Assembly: GCA_963714275.1 (NCBI GenBank)
Contig: CAVQNT010000002.1
Span: 768,001 to 832,000 of the forward strand
Reading direction: 5' to 3'
DNA: 64,000 bases
Source of the DNA: Candidatus Bathyarchaeota archaeon
GTDB taxonomy: Archaea; Thermoproteota; Bathyarchaeia; Bathyarchaeales; DTEX01
The position numbers and the translations under genes were made by a program. A model generated the notes under the pieces. The model did not search any database. It was not told the origin of the DNA and saw only the letters and a program-made list of their open reading frames with translations. Of the stretch, positions 12,169-22,785 are shown in pieces; positions within the stretch are counted from its first letter, which is position 1; every line of letters starts with the position of its first letter.

Positions 12169-13375
12169 GATTGCATCAAAAGAAGTGGATATGTTACTTG
12201 AAGAAAAATGTCCTGTTTGCGGTTCTAAACGGTTAAGAATATTTTTCGAGATGTTGGATGTTCCAGTCTACTGTAACGTGCTCTGGCCAAGCCGCGATGA
12301 AGCCCGACATTGCCGCAGGGGAAACATCAAACTGGCATTCTGCACTGATTGCAGTCTTATTACTAACCTCGCGTTTGAGCCGAAACGTCTTGAGTATACG
12401 CAAGCATATGAAAACCCTCTGCGTTTCTCGCCTCGGTTCCAAGATTATGCGCGATCGCTCGCATTGCGTTTGGTTGAACGATATAATTTGTATAACAAAG
12501 ACATTGTATCAATCGGGTGCGGAGACGGTTATTTTCTGCTATTACTTTGCGAGATCGGGAACAACCGTGGGGTTGGTTTTGATCCTGCCTATGTTGAGCA
12601 AGAAGAGCATAATAAGGTAAAAGATCGAGTCAAGTTTATCCAGGATCTCTACTCTGAAGGCTACGGAAACTATCAAGCAGATCTCTTTGTCTGTCGGCAA
12701 ACACTGGAACATATCCATGATCCAAAAAGCTTCCTGGAGATGTTGCGACAAGCAATTGGCAATCGCCTGAATACACACATTTTCTTTGAAGTGCCTAATG
12801 TAATCCACACTTTTAAGAAATTTTTTGTATGGGACATTATATATGAGCACTGCTCATATTTTACACCTCACTCCCTCTTTCACATTTTTTCATCCTGCCA
12901 GTTCCAAGTCTGCAGATTGACAGAGGAATATGAAGGACAATACCTGTGTGTCGATGCTCTAGCAAGCGAACAAACTACGCTTCACTTTGGACAAGAAGGT
13001 CAATGCGAAGTCGATCGGCTTGCACGCAATTTAGAATCGTTTGCTGCCAATTACCTAAGGACCTTTGAGAAATGGAGACATAGACTAGAACAAATAGAGA
13101 AGAATGGAGAGCGTGCAGTAATCTGGGGGACTGGCTCAAAAGGTGTTACTTTCTTGAATGTTTTTAAAGATTTTACACAAATTGAATATGCGGTAGACAT
13201 TAATCCCCGCAAACAAGGAATGTATGTCGCAGGAACTGGACAGAGAATAGTTTCACCCGAGTTTCTCAGGGAGTATCAACCTGATCTTATCATTGTGATG
13301 AATCCCGTATACAAGAATGAGATTGCAGGGATTGCAGAGCAGCTTGGAATAGCTGCCAGAATGATTTCCTTATGA
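12161..13375 (+). CDS. NDP-sugar C-methyltransferase-like protein, tandem paralogue
   Basis: CPVCG, FCTDC, IGCGDG, QTLEHI, WDIIYEHCSYF, IWGTGSKG. Confidence 0.88.
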   Translation: MSKIASKEVDMLLEEKCPVCGSKRLRIFFEMLDVPVYCNVLWPSRDEARHCRRGNIKLAFCTDCSLITNLAFEPKRLEYTQAYENPLRFSPRFQDYARSLALRLVERYNLYNKDIVSIGCGDGYFLLLLCEIGNNRGVGFDPAYVEQEEHNKVKDRVKFIQDLYSEGYGNYQADLFVCRQTLEHIHDPKSFLEMLRQAIGNRLNTHIFFEVPNVIHTFKKFFVWDIIYEHCSYFTPHSLFHIFSSCQFQVCRLTEEYEGQYLCVDALASEQTTLHFGQEGQCEVDRLARNLESFAANYLRTFEKWRHRLEQIEKNGERAVIWGTGSKGVTFLNVFKDFTQIEYAVDINPRKQGMYVAGTGQRIVSPEFLREYQPDLIIVMNPVYKNEIAGIAEQLGIAARMISL

Positions 13376-13415
13376 GGTCTAATATTCGACTTTAGTTAAC
13401 TTAAGATGATTACCA

Positions 13416-14989
13416 TTGTCCAATATGAAGAGGGTGTTAGAGGATTCAGCGCGCAGCGGATTCTTTCTAACGTTAGGAAACATAATATCAACCGTAATCT
13501 TAGCCATCTCAGTCTTTATAATAGCCCGAATCCTAGGATCAGAACTCTATGGACTATACACAATCTCAATGGTTATGCCAAGTCTTCTTCTACTATTCGT
13601 GGATCCGGGAGTAAACACAGGAATAATTAAATATTCAGCAAGCCTAAAAGCAAAAGGAGAAAAAGGACGAGTACCTAAATTATTTGTTCACGGATTACTC
13701 TTTGAAACGATCCTCGCGTTTATAGCCTTAGCCGTTTGCCTTGTTTTTTCAGACTTGTTTGCGAGACAAGTCTTGAACAGACCCGAGGTTACATGGTACA
13801 TTCAGCTCACATCGGTCATTATAATTCTTCAAATAGTCTACATGACGTTGAATTCGGTTTTCATAGGTCTAGACAAAACGGAATACAATGTCCTTACGAC
13901 AAGCATCCAAGCAATAACTAGAGCTCATTATTGCACCGATTCTAATAATTATTGGACTGAGCATAGCCGGAGCGTTAACGGGAAATGTCCTCAGCTTTCT
14001 GCTAGCGAGTCTACTCGGAGCCTACTTGTTCATCGTTAAAATCTATAGACCCCTAGAGCACTCCAACGGAAGTAGTGAAAATATCTCAAGCAACCTGAAG
14101 ATGCTGATTGGATATGGCTTCCCTCTGTACTTGTCTGGACTCATGGGGGGATTAACAATGCAATACCGAAACATTCTACTAGCAATCTTTACATCGAACT
14201 ATGAAATAGGAAACTTCCAAGCTGCATTAAACTTCAACGTTTTAATAACTATTTTTGCCACACCGATTGGCACGATGCTTCTGCCAGCCTTCTCAAAACT
14301 CGAATCTAACGGGAATGAAATAAAAGAATTCTGCAAGATGTCGATTAAGTATACGTCGATGTTGGTCCTACCGATCGCCAGTATAGTCATGGTCTACGCG
14401 AAGGAAATAATCCAAATATTTTATGGTCAAGGTTATGAGCTCAGTTCCAACTTTTTATCAATGTTTGCAATCCAATTCTATTTTGTCGGCTTAGGAGCCT
14501 TTGTCCTAGGTAGCCTTTTCAGCGGTCTGGGAAAGACAAAGATAAACCTGAAAATTTCCTTGGTCAACTTAATCCTTATAATTATCTTAGCACCAATCCT
14601 GACGTGGCTCCTCAAAATATACGGAATGATTATTAGCATCATAATCAGCAATGCCATCACTTGGCTCTATGCTCTAAAAAAAGCTAAAACCAGATATAGA
14701 GTAGAAATCAACGTAGAGACAATAACTAAAATATACTTTGCATCCGTAATCCCGATAATACCAATTTTAGCTCTACAAAGGATTCTCCTAACCTCAAGCC
14801 TAATCCAAATTATACTTGGAACCGTAATATACATGGCAATGTATCTGTTCTCTGATCCCAACGACGAAGGCCATAACTCAAACCGAACTACATGAGATGA
14901 AAACCGTAATTGAAAAGATAAAATCATTGAAATACATTACCCAACCCATTTTCTATTTTGAAGAGAAGATCATGTCGTGGGTACTGTAG
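13416..14989 (+). CDS. Oligosaccharide flippase (Wzx/RfbX, MOP superfamily); frameshifted
   Basis: Multi-TM protein, IARILGSELYGLY, DPGVNTGIIKY, LLPAFS; joined over several frames. Confidence 0.87.
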
Positions 14990-15141
14990 TACTCTTACGA
15001 CAAAAAATCTAGCTATCTAGATATCATTATGATGAACCCCATGATTGAGATTCAAGAGTTATAGAGACACTTGGGATAACACCACTAAACTAGTTTCTAT
15101 ATAAGTGAGATCCTCAGCTTAAGTAAACCTAAAAGGATCGT

Positions 15142-15852
15142 GTGAGGTTCGGGTTGAAAGCGGTCATTCTAGACGGCGGTCAGGGTAAACGCCTTAGACC
15201 TTTAACTGATAGTTTACCTAAGCCTTTAATCAATGTGGCAGGAAAACCTATAGTTGTTAGGCAGATAGAGTGGCTTAAGAGTAATGGCGTTGAAGAGTTT
15301 ATACTTTCAATAGGCTATCTAAGAGAAAAATTTGTAAACTCTCTAGGAAATGGTAGTGAACTCGGAGTTCGCATATCTTACGTCTTCGAGGATAAGCCTT
15401 TAGGCACGGGTGGTGGCTTACGAAACGCCAAAATCAGGCTTGATATGAAAGAAAACTTCTATGTTGTCAACGGAGATATCATAACAGACATAAAACCTCA
15501 AAGACTTGTAGAAAATCTGGGGGAAGATTCTTTGGGAGTTATAGCTCTGGTGCCTCTACGTTCAAGTTACGGGATTGTGGAAGTAGACAAAGAACTTAGA
15601 ATACTGGATTTCAAAGAGAAACCTTGCCTAGATCAATACTGGATAAACGCTGGATTATATCTTCTAAGACCCGAAGTCTTAGATTATCTGCCCGAGATAG
15701 GTGACATAGAGAAAACAGCATTCCCAATATTGGCCAAAGAAGGTAAACTAATGGCCGTTAAGTATGAGAAACCAGGTATATGGAAGAGCATAGACACGTA
15801 CAAAGACATAGAAGAGATAGAGACAGAACTTAAAATGTATGAAGTTAAATGA
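15142..15852 (+). CDS. Sugar-1-phosphate nucleotidyltransferase
   Basis: ILDGGQGKRLRPLT..PKPL, PLGTGG, NGDI, INAGLY. Confidence 0.9.
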   Translation: MRFGLKAVILDGGQGKRLRPLTDSLPKPLINVAGKPIVVRQIEWLKSNGVEEFILSIGYLREKFVNSLGNGSELGVRISYVFEDKPLGTGGGLRNAKIRLDMKENFYVVNGDIITDIKPQRLVENLGEDSLGVIALVPLRSSYGIVEVDKELRILDFKEKPCLDQYWINAGLYLLRPEVLDYLPEIGDIEKTAFPILAKEGKLMAVKYEKPGIWKSIDTYKDIEEIETELKMYEVK

Positions 15853-16061
15853 AGCTGATACTGGCTGAAGCCAAAAATTAATGGTGTCCCTAAGGGATTA
15901 GCAAAAAATATTCTTGATGCTAGGGATTCAGATAAGAGATTAGGAATTGTCTTTCAGATTTTTTTTTCATCAACTTATATTAGGAATGACGTTGCGTTTC
16001 ATATTGACAAGAAGAATTAGTTAGCCACAATTGTTAGGTTAGTTGAAGGAGACGTGTAGTA

Positions 16062-16683
16062 GTGAAAGTTGTATTAGCCGTTGGGGCGCATCCTGACGAT
16101 ATCGAACTGGGATGTTCAGGAACTTTAATGCTGCACAAATTAAGTGGAGATAAGGTCTATCTTCTTGTCTTAACAAAAGGGGAGGCTTCAGGAGATCCTA
16201 ATATCAGGGAAATGGAATGTAAAGAGTCCGAGAAATTAATGGGTATGGATGATTTATTCTTTGGAGGACTTGAAGATACTAAGGTCGGATCTGGAAGAGA
16301 AACTATAGACATCATTGAAAAAATCGTGAATAAGGTTAAGCCAGATATTGTATATGGACCTGCCTGTAAGGACACACACCAAGATCATAGAAACACTGCA
16401 TATGCAGTTCTTTCTGCTGCTAGACGCTGTGATACGATTATGCTCTACGAAGGAGCCAGCACACAGAAAGATTTCATTCCTCAGATTTTTGTAGATATAA
16501 AGGAAACCTACGAAAAGAAGAAGGCTGTGATACGTGTATTTGGTTCCCAATTGAATAACCACCATGGAGGTTATAAGAAAGGCTGTTAATGGAGTCGAGG
16601 GCTTAGTGAAGTTCCGAGGTTACCAAACGGGATTAGAGTTTGCAGAAGCCTTCGAGGCAGGAAGATTCAGGTTTAGGATTTGA
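16062..16683 (+). CDS. PIG-L family deacetylase (BshB-like); frameshifted near 16580
   Basis: GAHPDDIELGCSG, LTKGEAS, DTHQDH, FGSQ, then FRGYQTGLEFAEAF in the next frame. Confidence 0.88.
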
Positions 16684-16701
16684 GGAGATTCTATATCGAT
16701 A

Positions 16702-18458
16702 ATGCCCAATATTTTTATAGAAGATTTCAGCAGACTCGTAGATTCGTGTATTTCTTTTTATAAAGAAAACAAATTGAAAATAAGTTCAAAACGTGTTCTT
16801 GCGAATCGGTATGAGCTTTCTCGTTTTGTGGAAGTTTTTCATAAAGATTGTGGAACGTTAACACCTTCTGTCAGTGATGGAATAAGAAACCTTAAAGAAG
16901 GTGCTGGACTCATTTTAATGACGGCTCATCAGCCAAATTTTTTTGCTTATAGTGGAGTTTTCCGGAAGGCTACATTAAACTACGTCTTGACCAAAAAACT
17001 CGAAGAGATATTGAAGGTTCCCGTTATAAGTTTCTTCGGGATTGCAGATCAAGATTTCGCAGGTGACCGGTGGGTTAGGTCATGTCAGCTTCCTGCAGTT
17101 CAAAGGAGAGGCGGGACTTTAACTATTGATTTTAAGCTCCCAGAGAAAGTGATGCTCAATAGGATAACCAAACCTTCTCCTCACGTTCTTAGCAAATGGA
17201 AGACTGAAATTGAAAAATGGCTCATTGAAACTACTGGGTCGGCGGAAAGACTTTGCAAGACATTAGGTGTTACAAATTTTAAGCCTGTTTCCTTTTTGCC
17301 CAACTTACGTGAATACTTTTCTGTTTTTTTGGAATATTGTTGAGAATAGTGTATGAATGTTCTGAAAAATTTTCTGATTTCAATGCCTATGTCTTATCAA
17401 AGATTATAAACGAAATCTGGGGTTATGATACCCTGTTTTCTCGTTTTTCTGAATGTCAACAAGTTTTTGTTAAAGAATTTAATTTCATGCTTTCTAGATT
17501 TGATGATTATTCAAATTTATTGAGTGAAGCCAAGCATGTTCAGCATGACCAATGTATAGAGGGAGGAGTCTCAGACGAAGAACCTTATTTAGCTCCCTTC
17601 TGGTATCACTGTAACTGTGGAAGTAAGGTTAAGCTATTTCTAACAGAGAAAGATGGCTTCTTATTTGGTAGTGGAAAATGCTTTGGTTGCGAGAAAGATT
17701 ATGAATTGGAATTTGGAGCCAAAAATGTTCCTGACATATCGAAAATTGCACAAAGAATCTCAGCTAGAGCAATCGCAATGGCCTTGGTTTTTTTCCGAGG
17801 TTTAACTCCCTCTTGTTATGTTGGCGGTGTAGGAGGTATGGGCTATCTTTTAGAAGTTGAGTTTGTTGCTGAAGGACTAGGTTTAAATTTTCCTCCAATT
17901 TCTGTCTGGCGACCACATGACAACTATAAAGGTGTAAGCCAGATCGAGGCAATGTTGGAACTAAAGCAAATATGCAAAAACTGTGACGCCGAAGATGCTA
18001 ATGAAGTGAAAGATATACTGAGTTCCCGAATATACGAGATTCGCAAGCATCAAGATAATCTCGAGGTAGCAAAGAAAGGAGTTATGGAAGAGTTAAGGCA
18101 TCATCCAGATGATGAGGCATTAAAAGAAAAGTTGAAAGCAATATCGATAGAGCAGACACGGTTCTTGAGGTCTTCAAAATATACAGTCATCAACCATGAA
18201 TTAGATATTTTGGAGAACATTTCAACTGTATTAGATATGGTTCCAAGCATAATAGATTATGCTGTTAATGTCGGGTTGAAAGAAACTAGTGCTCAATGGG
18301 TTACCTATCTAAAAGAGAATGGGAATCTGACTTCAGATGTTACTTTAGAAACTATATTGAATCAGACAAGAAAGTACTGTCAACTAGTGTGTGAAAAGAA
18401 GTCTATCGTATATATACATTATGCATGTCTCGCACATCCACCTCTCAAATCATTATAA
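16702..18458 (+). CDS. BshC-like (bacillithiol cysteine ligase family) protein; frameshifted near 17335
   Basis: TAHQPNFFAYSGVFRK...VLTKKLEEILKVPVISFFGIADQD and YVGGVGGMGYLLEV.FVAEGLGLNFPP parallel the two conserved BshC blocks; a coiled-coil follows. Confidence 0.62.
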
Positions 18459-18577
18459 CAATAGTTGTTCTTATCCGCAATTATGGTAGGATTGCTAAAA
18501 AAAATAACATTCAAAGCACTGATTTGGAATTGAATAATGGGAAAATCAATCCTTTTGGTTAAATATTAAAATGGGAA

Positions 18578-19411
18578 ATGTCCATGAAGATACAAATTGT
18601 TTTCAAACCGTACATAATACTAACACTGTTACTAATCGTAATCGTTATAAACACACCTTTTTTTTCCATCTTTACACGTATAGATAGAATCGTCAATAGC
18701 GACATCTATAAATTTGGTCTGCAATTTAATCACGAATGGGCAGAACAATACTGGACATATTCTTGGATGATAATAAGCTCCAACATAATTGCCATATTAT
18801 TAATTGGTATCTCAATAGTATCTTTTTTAATCTTTGCTCAAACACAGAATAACTCGTCAAGATATGCTTGTTATTTACTTCTCATCATAGCAACAGCACT
18901 GAGTATTTTATCCGCTTTACTCGTTACTCGCCTAGACTATATTGTTAACCATGACCTCTATCTGTTTGGCTTACAGTTCAGCTATGAATGGGCAACAAAT
19001 TACTGGACCTATATAAATTTACTATTCTTATTATTTGGACTTTCAAACACAACAATACTCATATCCATTTTCTTGATTCTTTTTAGTGCACGAAAAAAGG
19101 TCATAATAAGCCCTATAAAACTAACATGTTTAATATTAATGGCAGTAGGAGTTATAACTCTTTTCCTATCCATTGTCAACAATCCATTAATCCTCGCTTT
19201 TATAAGTACAACATTTCCCTTAAGCTTCCAGGACATAAGCCTACTACTTGCCATAATGGCCTTAATACTTCTCATAACCTCAGAGTTACTTTCACCATAT
19301 TATAGCAAAATAAGCATCAACAGGAAAAACTTGAGAAATATGGCAATAATAATTTCAGTGTTATTCCTAATAACAGTAGCCATAAGATTCTATGAGATAA
19401 TAGCTGGCTAA
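18578..19411 (+). CDS. Multi-pass membrane protein with internal duplication
   Basis: Repeat TR(I/L)D.IVN.D(I/L)Y.FGLQF..EWA..YWTY occurs twice; several hydrophobic helices. Confidence 0.75.
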   Translation: MSMKIQIVFKPYIILTLLLIVIVINTPFFSIFTRIDRIVNSDIYKFGLQFNHEWAEQYWTYSWMIISSNIIAILLIGISIVSFLIFAQTQNNSSRYACYLLLIIATALSILSALLVTRLDYIVNHDLYLFGLQFSYEWATNYWTYINLLFLLFGLSNTTILISIFLILFSARKKVIISPIKLTCLILMAVGVITLFLSIVNNPLILAFISTTFPLSFQDISLLLAIMALILLITSELLSPYYSKISINRKNLRNMAIIISVLFLITVAIRFYEIIAG

Positions 19412-19676
19412 CTAATAATACTTTATAGTCTAGCTACAAGAATAAAAAATTTATCTTTTTCCCTTTGTCCAGAGACATTACACACTAGTCAGCTAGAAGA
19501 CGTTTATCGCATCTACCAGAGCATACCTCAAGGACAACGCGGATGGGTTATAGGAAGGCTTATCAGAGCCTGGTATCAAGAGGGACAGAAAGGGCTTTTA
19601 CCTTCCACAAAAGAGCCTAAGTCGATAATGGAAAATATATGGAAAGAAAACACCGAAACTCTGTCAGAAAGGTTGT

Positions 19677-20006
19677 TTGGTTCAGAATAGTGAATCAATC
19701 ACCACTATAGAAATCCACATTTTTGAGATCATCAGAATAATGCTTGCCATTTGCCAGAAATCATCTAAAAAAACGAATATACTGTACAAATGCAACCTAA
19801 GCTATTATCAACTTCAGAAATACCTTGAATACCTTATTTCTCGGGAACTTTTAACAATTTCTAATAACAATATGAAAACATTCTACTTAGCAACTGAAAA
19901 AGGCAAAGAGTTCCTTGAGGGATATGGACATCTTCACAACCTTTTGGAAGGTAAACCCAAGAAAAATTCTTTAACCTCTAACCTCTACTACATGATGTTA
20001 AAATAG
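19677..20006 (+). CDS. Winged-helix transcriptional regulator (archaeal HTH_45 type); start uncertain
   Basis: KTNILYKCNLSY.QL.KYL..L and Y.ATEKGKEFL. Confidence 0.8.
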   Translation: MVQNSESITTIEIHIFEIIRIMLAICQKSSKKTNILYKCNLSYYQLQKYLEYLISRELLTISNNNMKTFYLATEKGKEFLEGYGHLHNLLEGKPKKNSLTSNLYYMMLK

Positions 20007-20072
20007 CGCGAGCGTTGGAAATTCATGATGAAAACGGTTGAGGGAAAACTAAGTTCTTTGAGTTGAGTTCCC

Positions 20073-21399
20073 TTGGTCCAAAATATAGTAGAACATTCTC
20101 TACTGTTGCTTAAAGCACCGTTCTTAATGACTAAGCTGAAGCGGAATCAGCGGCTTGAGCCTTCGGAACTCAGAAAGTTTCAGGATAAGAGACTTCGGGC
20201 AATGATTGAGCACAGTTATAAAAATGTTGCGTACTATCACTCCTTGTTCAAGAAAGCCAATCTGAGCTATAGTGACATAAAGACCATCGACGACTTGGAA
20301 AAGATACCGATCACAAGAAAAGAGGACATAATAGACCTGCCCCAGCAGTCGCTTACTGCCATAAACGTGGATCCGAACAGATGTCTCAAGTCTCAAGACC
20401 TCTGGCACCAGCACAGGGGTCCCCATGCCAATTTACTGGCAGAAGAGCCCCAGGCTAATAAAATATTTGCAATATTATCGGTGGCAATTGAACTGTGGTG
20501 ACCAAATCACAAATAGACAAATGTTAGTAGACATTGATTGGGTTCCTATTCATCCGATCCAGAAACTGGGAATATTCAAATCAAAGATTATTTCTGTTTT
20601 TGGCGATATAGAAACTCAGATAAGAGAAATTAGAGAGTTCAATCCCCAGACCATCAATTGTCTTCCATCTTTTATAGATGTATTCGCGAAAGAGATTAGG
20701 GAAAGGGATGAAAAGGGAATAAACCCACACCTAATCTTCACAGGTGGAGAGATGTTGACTCAATACGTTCGCAGATTAGTTCGAGAAGTTTTCAATGCTG
20801 AGGCATTTAGCCGTTATGGCGCTGTTGAAGTTGGTACTATCTCCAGCGAATGCATTGAACACATTGGCTTTCATGTCGACAGCGATTCGACTCTTGTTGA
20901 GATCACTCGAGACGGTGAACCGGTGTCTCTAGGGAAAGAGGGGGAAATAACGGTTACAAATTTCACCAACTACGCTATGCCCTTCATCAGGTACAACTTT
21001 GGAGACCTTGGTTCCATGATTGCAGATCACTGCTCCTGCGGCATCAATTTTCCTATGATGAATATAACACTAGGCAGAAAAAGCGATGTTGTCCGGCTAC
21101 CTGATGGAAAGACGATTCCGGCATTGAGTGTGTGGGGTAATCTAGTCTGGATACAAGGAATAAAGCAGCTGCAAGTTGTGCAGGAAAAGGTTGACCGCTT
21201 TATTATTAAGATAGTGAAAAGTAGCAATTTTACAACCGAGACATGTAGGGAAGTCGAACAAATGCTTAAACAGAAACTTGGAAATGTGGAGAATGTTGAA
21301 ATAGAGACCTGCATTGTCGATGAAATTCCGAGGGAAAAAACAGGTAGGTACCATAAGTTGAAGCAGTTCGTCACGAAGATTCCATCAAAAGACAATTAG
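20073..21399 (+). CDS. Phenylacetate-CoA ligase/CapK-like adenylate-forming enzyme; frameshifted near 20392
   Basis: IKTIDDLEKIPIT.K, TSGTSTG P-loop after the shift, YGAVEVG, MPFIRYNFGD, GRKSD. Confidence 0.85.
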
Positions 21400-21768
21400 T
21401 TACTTAGGAGTATTGTTTTCATCCCTACAAAATTCGAGACAAAAATGTTAAATCACACGAAGTAATCAAGAAAGAAGAAAAGAAGACTAAGGCTTCTTTT
21501 AGTAAGTCCTACCTTCTTTCTCGTGTTTTTCAGCTATTTTATACACTTCCATGTAATCAGCACAGAGCTTATCGGTTCTTCCTCTTTCAAGAATGACTTT
21601 AGGGAAATTGGATCTTCATAATAATAGATGTTTAAAATTTAGTCCCAAACCCAAACCATTCTCACGAGCTGACTATGGTATCCAAATATAAGAATCCCAG
21701 AGACCTTTAGATTAATCGACGCCAACGAAAGAATGGGTCTTTTTTCTTTCATACAATGTAACGATTAT

Positions 21769-21786
21769 TAGCTAGCGCGCTAGCTA
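21769..21786. promoter_or_regulatory. Perfect 18-bp palindrome TAGCTAGCGCGCTAGCTA upstream of the galU-like gene
   Basis: Self-complementary; next to the TATA-like TTCATAAAT at about 21789. Confidence 0.45.
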
Positions 21787-21826
21787 GATTCATAAATGCG
21801 ACTATCCGCAAATTTGGAGGCAACAC

Positions 21827-22710
21827 ATGAACGGAGCTTTTATGATTAGGAAGGTTGTCTTGCCTGTGGCGGGCTTTGGGACAAGGCTTCTTCCAATGAC
21901 GAAGGAGATGCCTAAGGAGATGCTACCCATCTTTCTAGACAGTGTGAATGGTGGACCTTGTTTGAAGCCGATTGTTCAAGCTATTTATGAGCAGCTTTAC
22001 GACACTGGATTCAGAGAGTTCGGCCTAATCGTCGGAAGGGGCAAAAGAGCCATAGAAGACCATTTCACGCCTGATGAAGAATTTGTTAAAGAACTTGAAA
22101 GAATGAACAAAGCTGACTCGCTGAAGAGCTTAGAAGATTCTACTGGCGAGTCAACAACTCCACTATCGTCTTCATAAATCAACCGGTACCAAAAGGCTTC
22201 GGAGACGCCGTCTTAAGAGCTAAATACTTCATAAATGAAACCTTCCTAGTACACGCAGGAGACACGATTATTTTAGATAAAGACTGCAATCATTTCCGCC
22301 GTTTGATAGCGAGCCACGAAAAGTATAAAGCTGATGCAATCATGCTGGTTAAAGAAGTTGAGAATCCCAAAATCTATGGGGTGATTGAAGGCAAAGAAAT
22401 CGAAAACGGAATATACAACGTAGAAAAAGCCGTCGAGAAACCCGAGAAACCTCCAACCAACCTTGCAATAATACCTGTCTACATCTTCAATCCGAAAATC
22501 TTCAAAGCCCTTGAAGATACAGCACAACCAGAAAAAGCAGGCGAAATGCAGATAACCGACGGAATTCAAGAGATGATTAACCAGGGCTTAAAAGTCTACG
22601 CTGTCAAATTACCACCTGACGGGATACTACTCGACATAGGAAACCCAGAAAGTTGTTGGCAATCGTTTAACATCTCCTACCAAAACCTAAAAAACAGAAA
22701 GCGTGGCTAA
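21827..22710 (+). CDS. galU: UTP-glucose-1-phosphate uridylyltransferase-like; frameshifted
   Basis: IRKVVLPVAGFGTRLLP.TKEMPKEMLP, GKRAIEDHF, QPVPKGFGDAV, EMQITDGI. Confidence 0.8.
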
Positions 22711-22785
22711 AAACTAAAACAAAGCAACAAAGAAGAACGCATGCATTTCAAACTAACAAGTATTCCATTCATAAAAAGGTGACTG

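Noticed and set aside
21500-21755. Minus-strand protein-like relic (YYEDPISLKVILERGRTDKLCADY)
   Set aside because: It is interrupted by stops and no family is recognisable.
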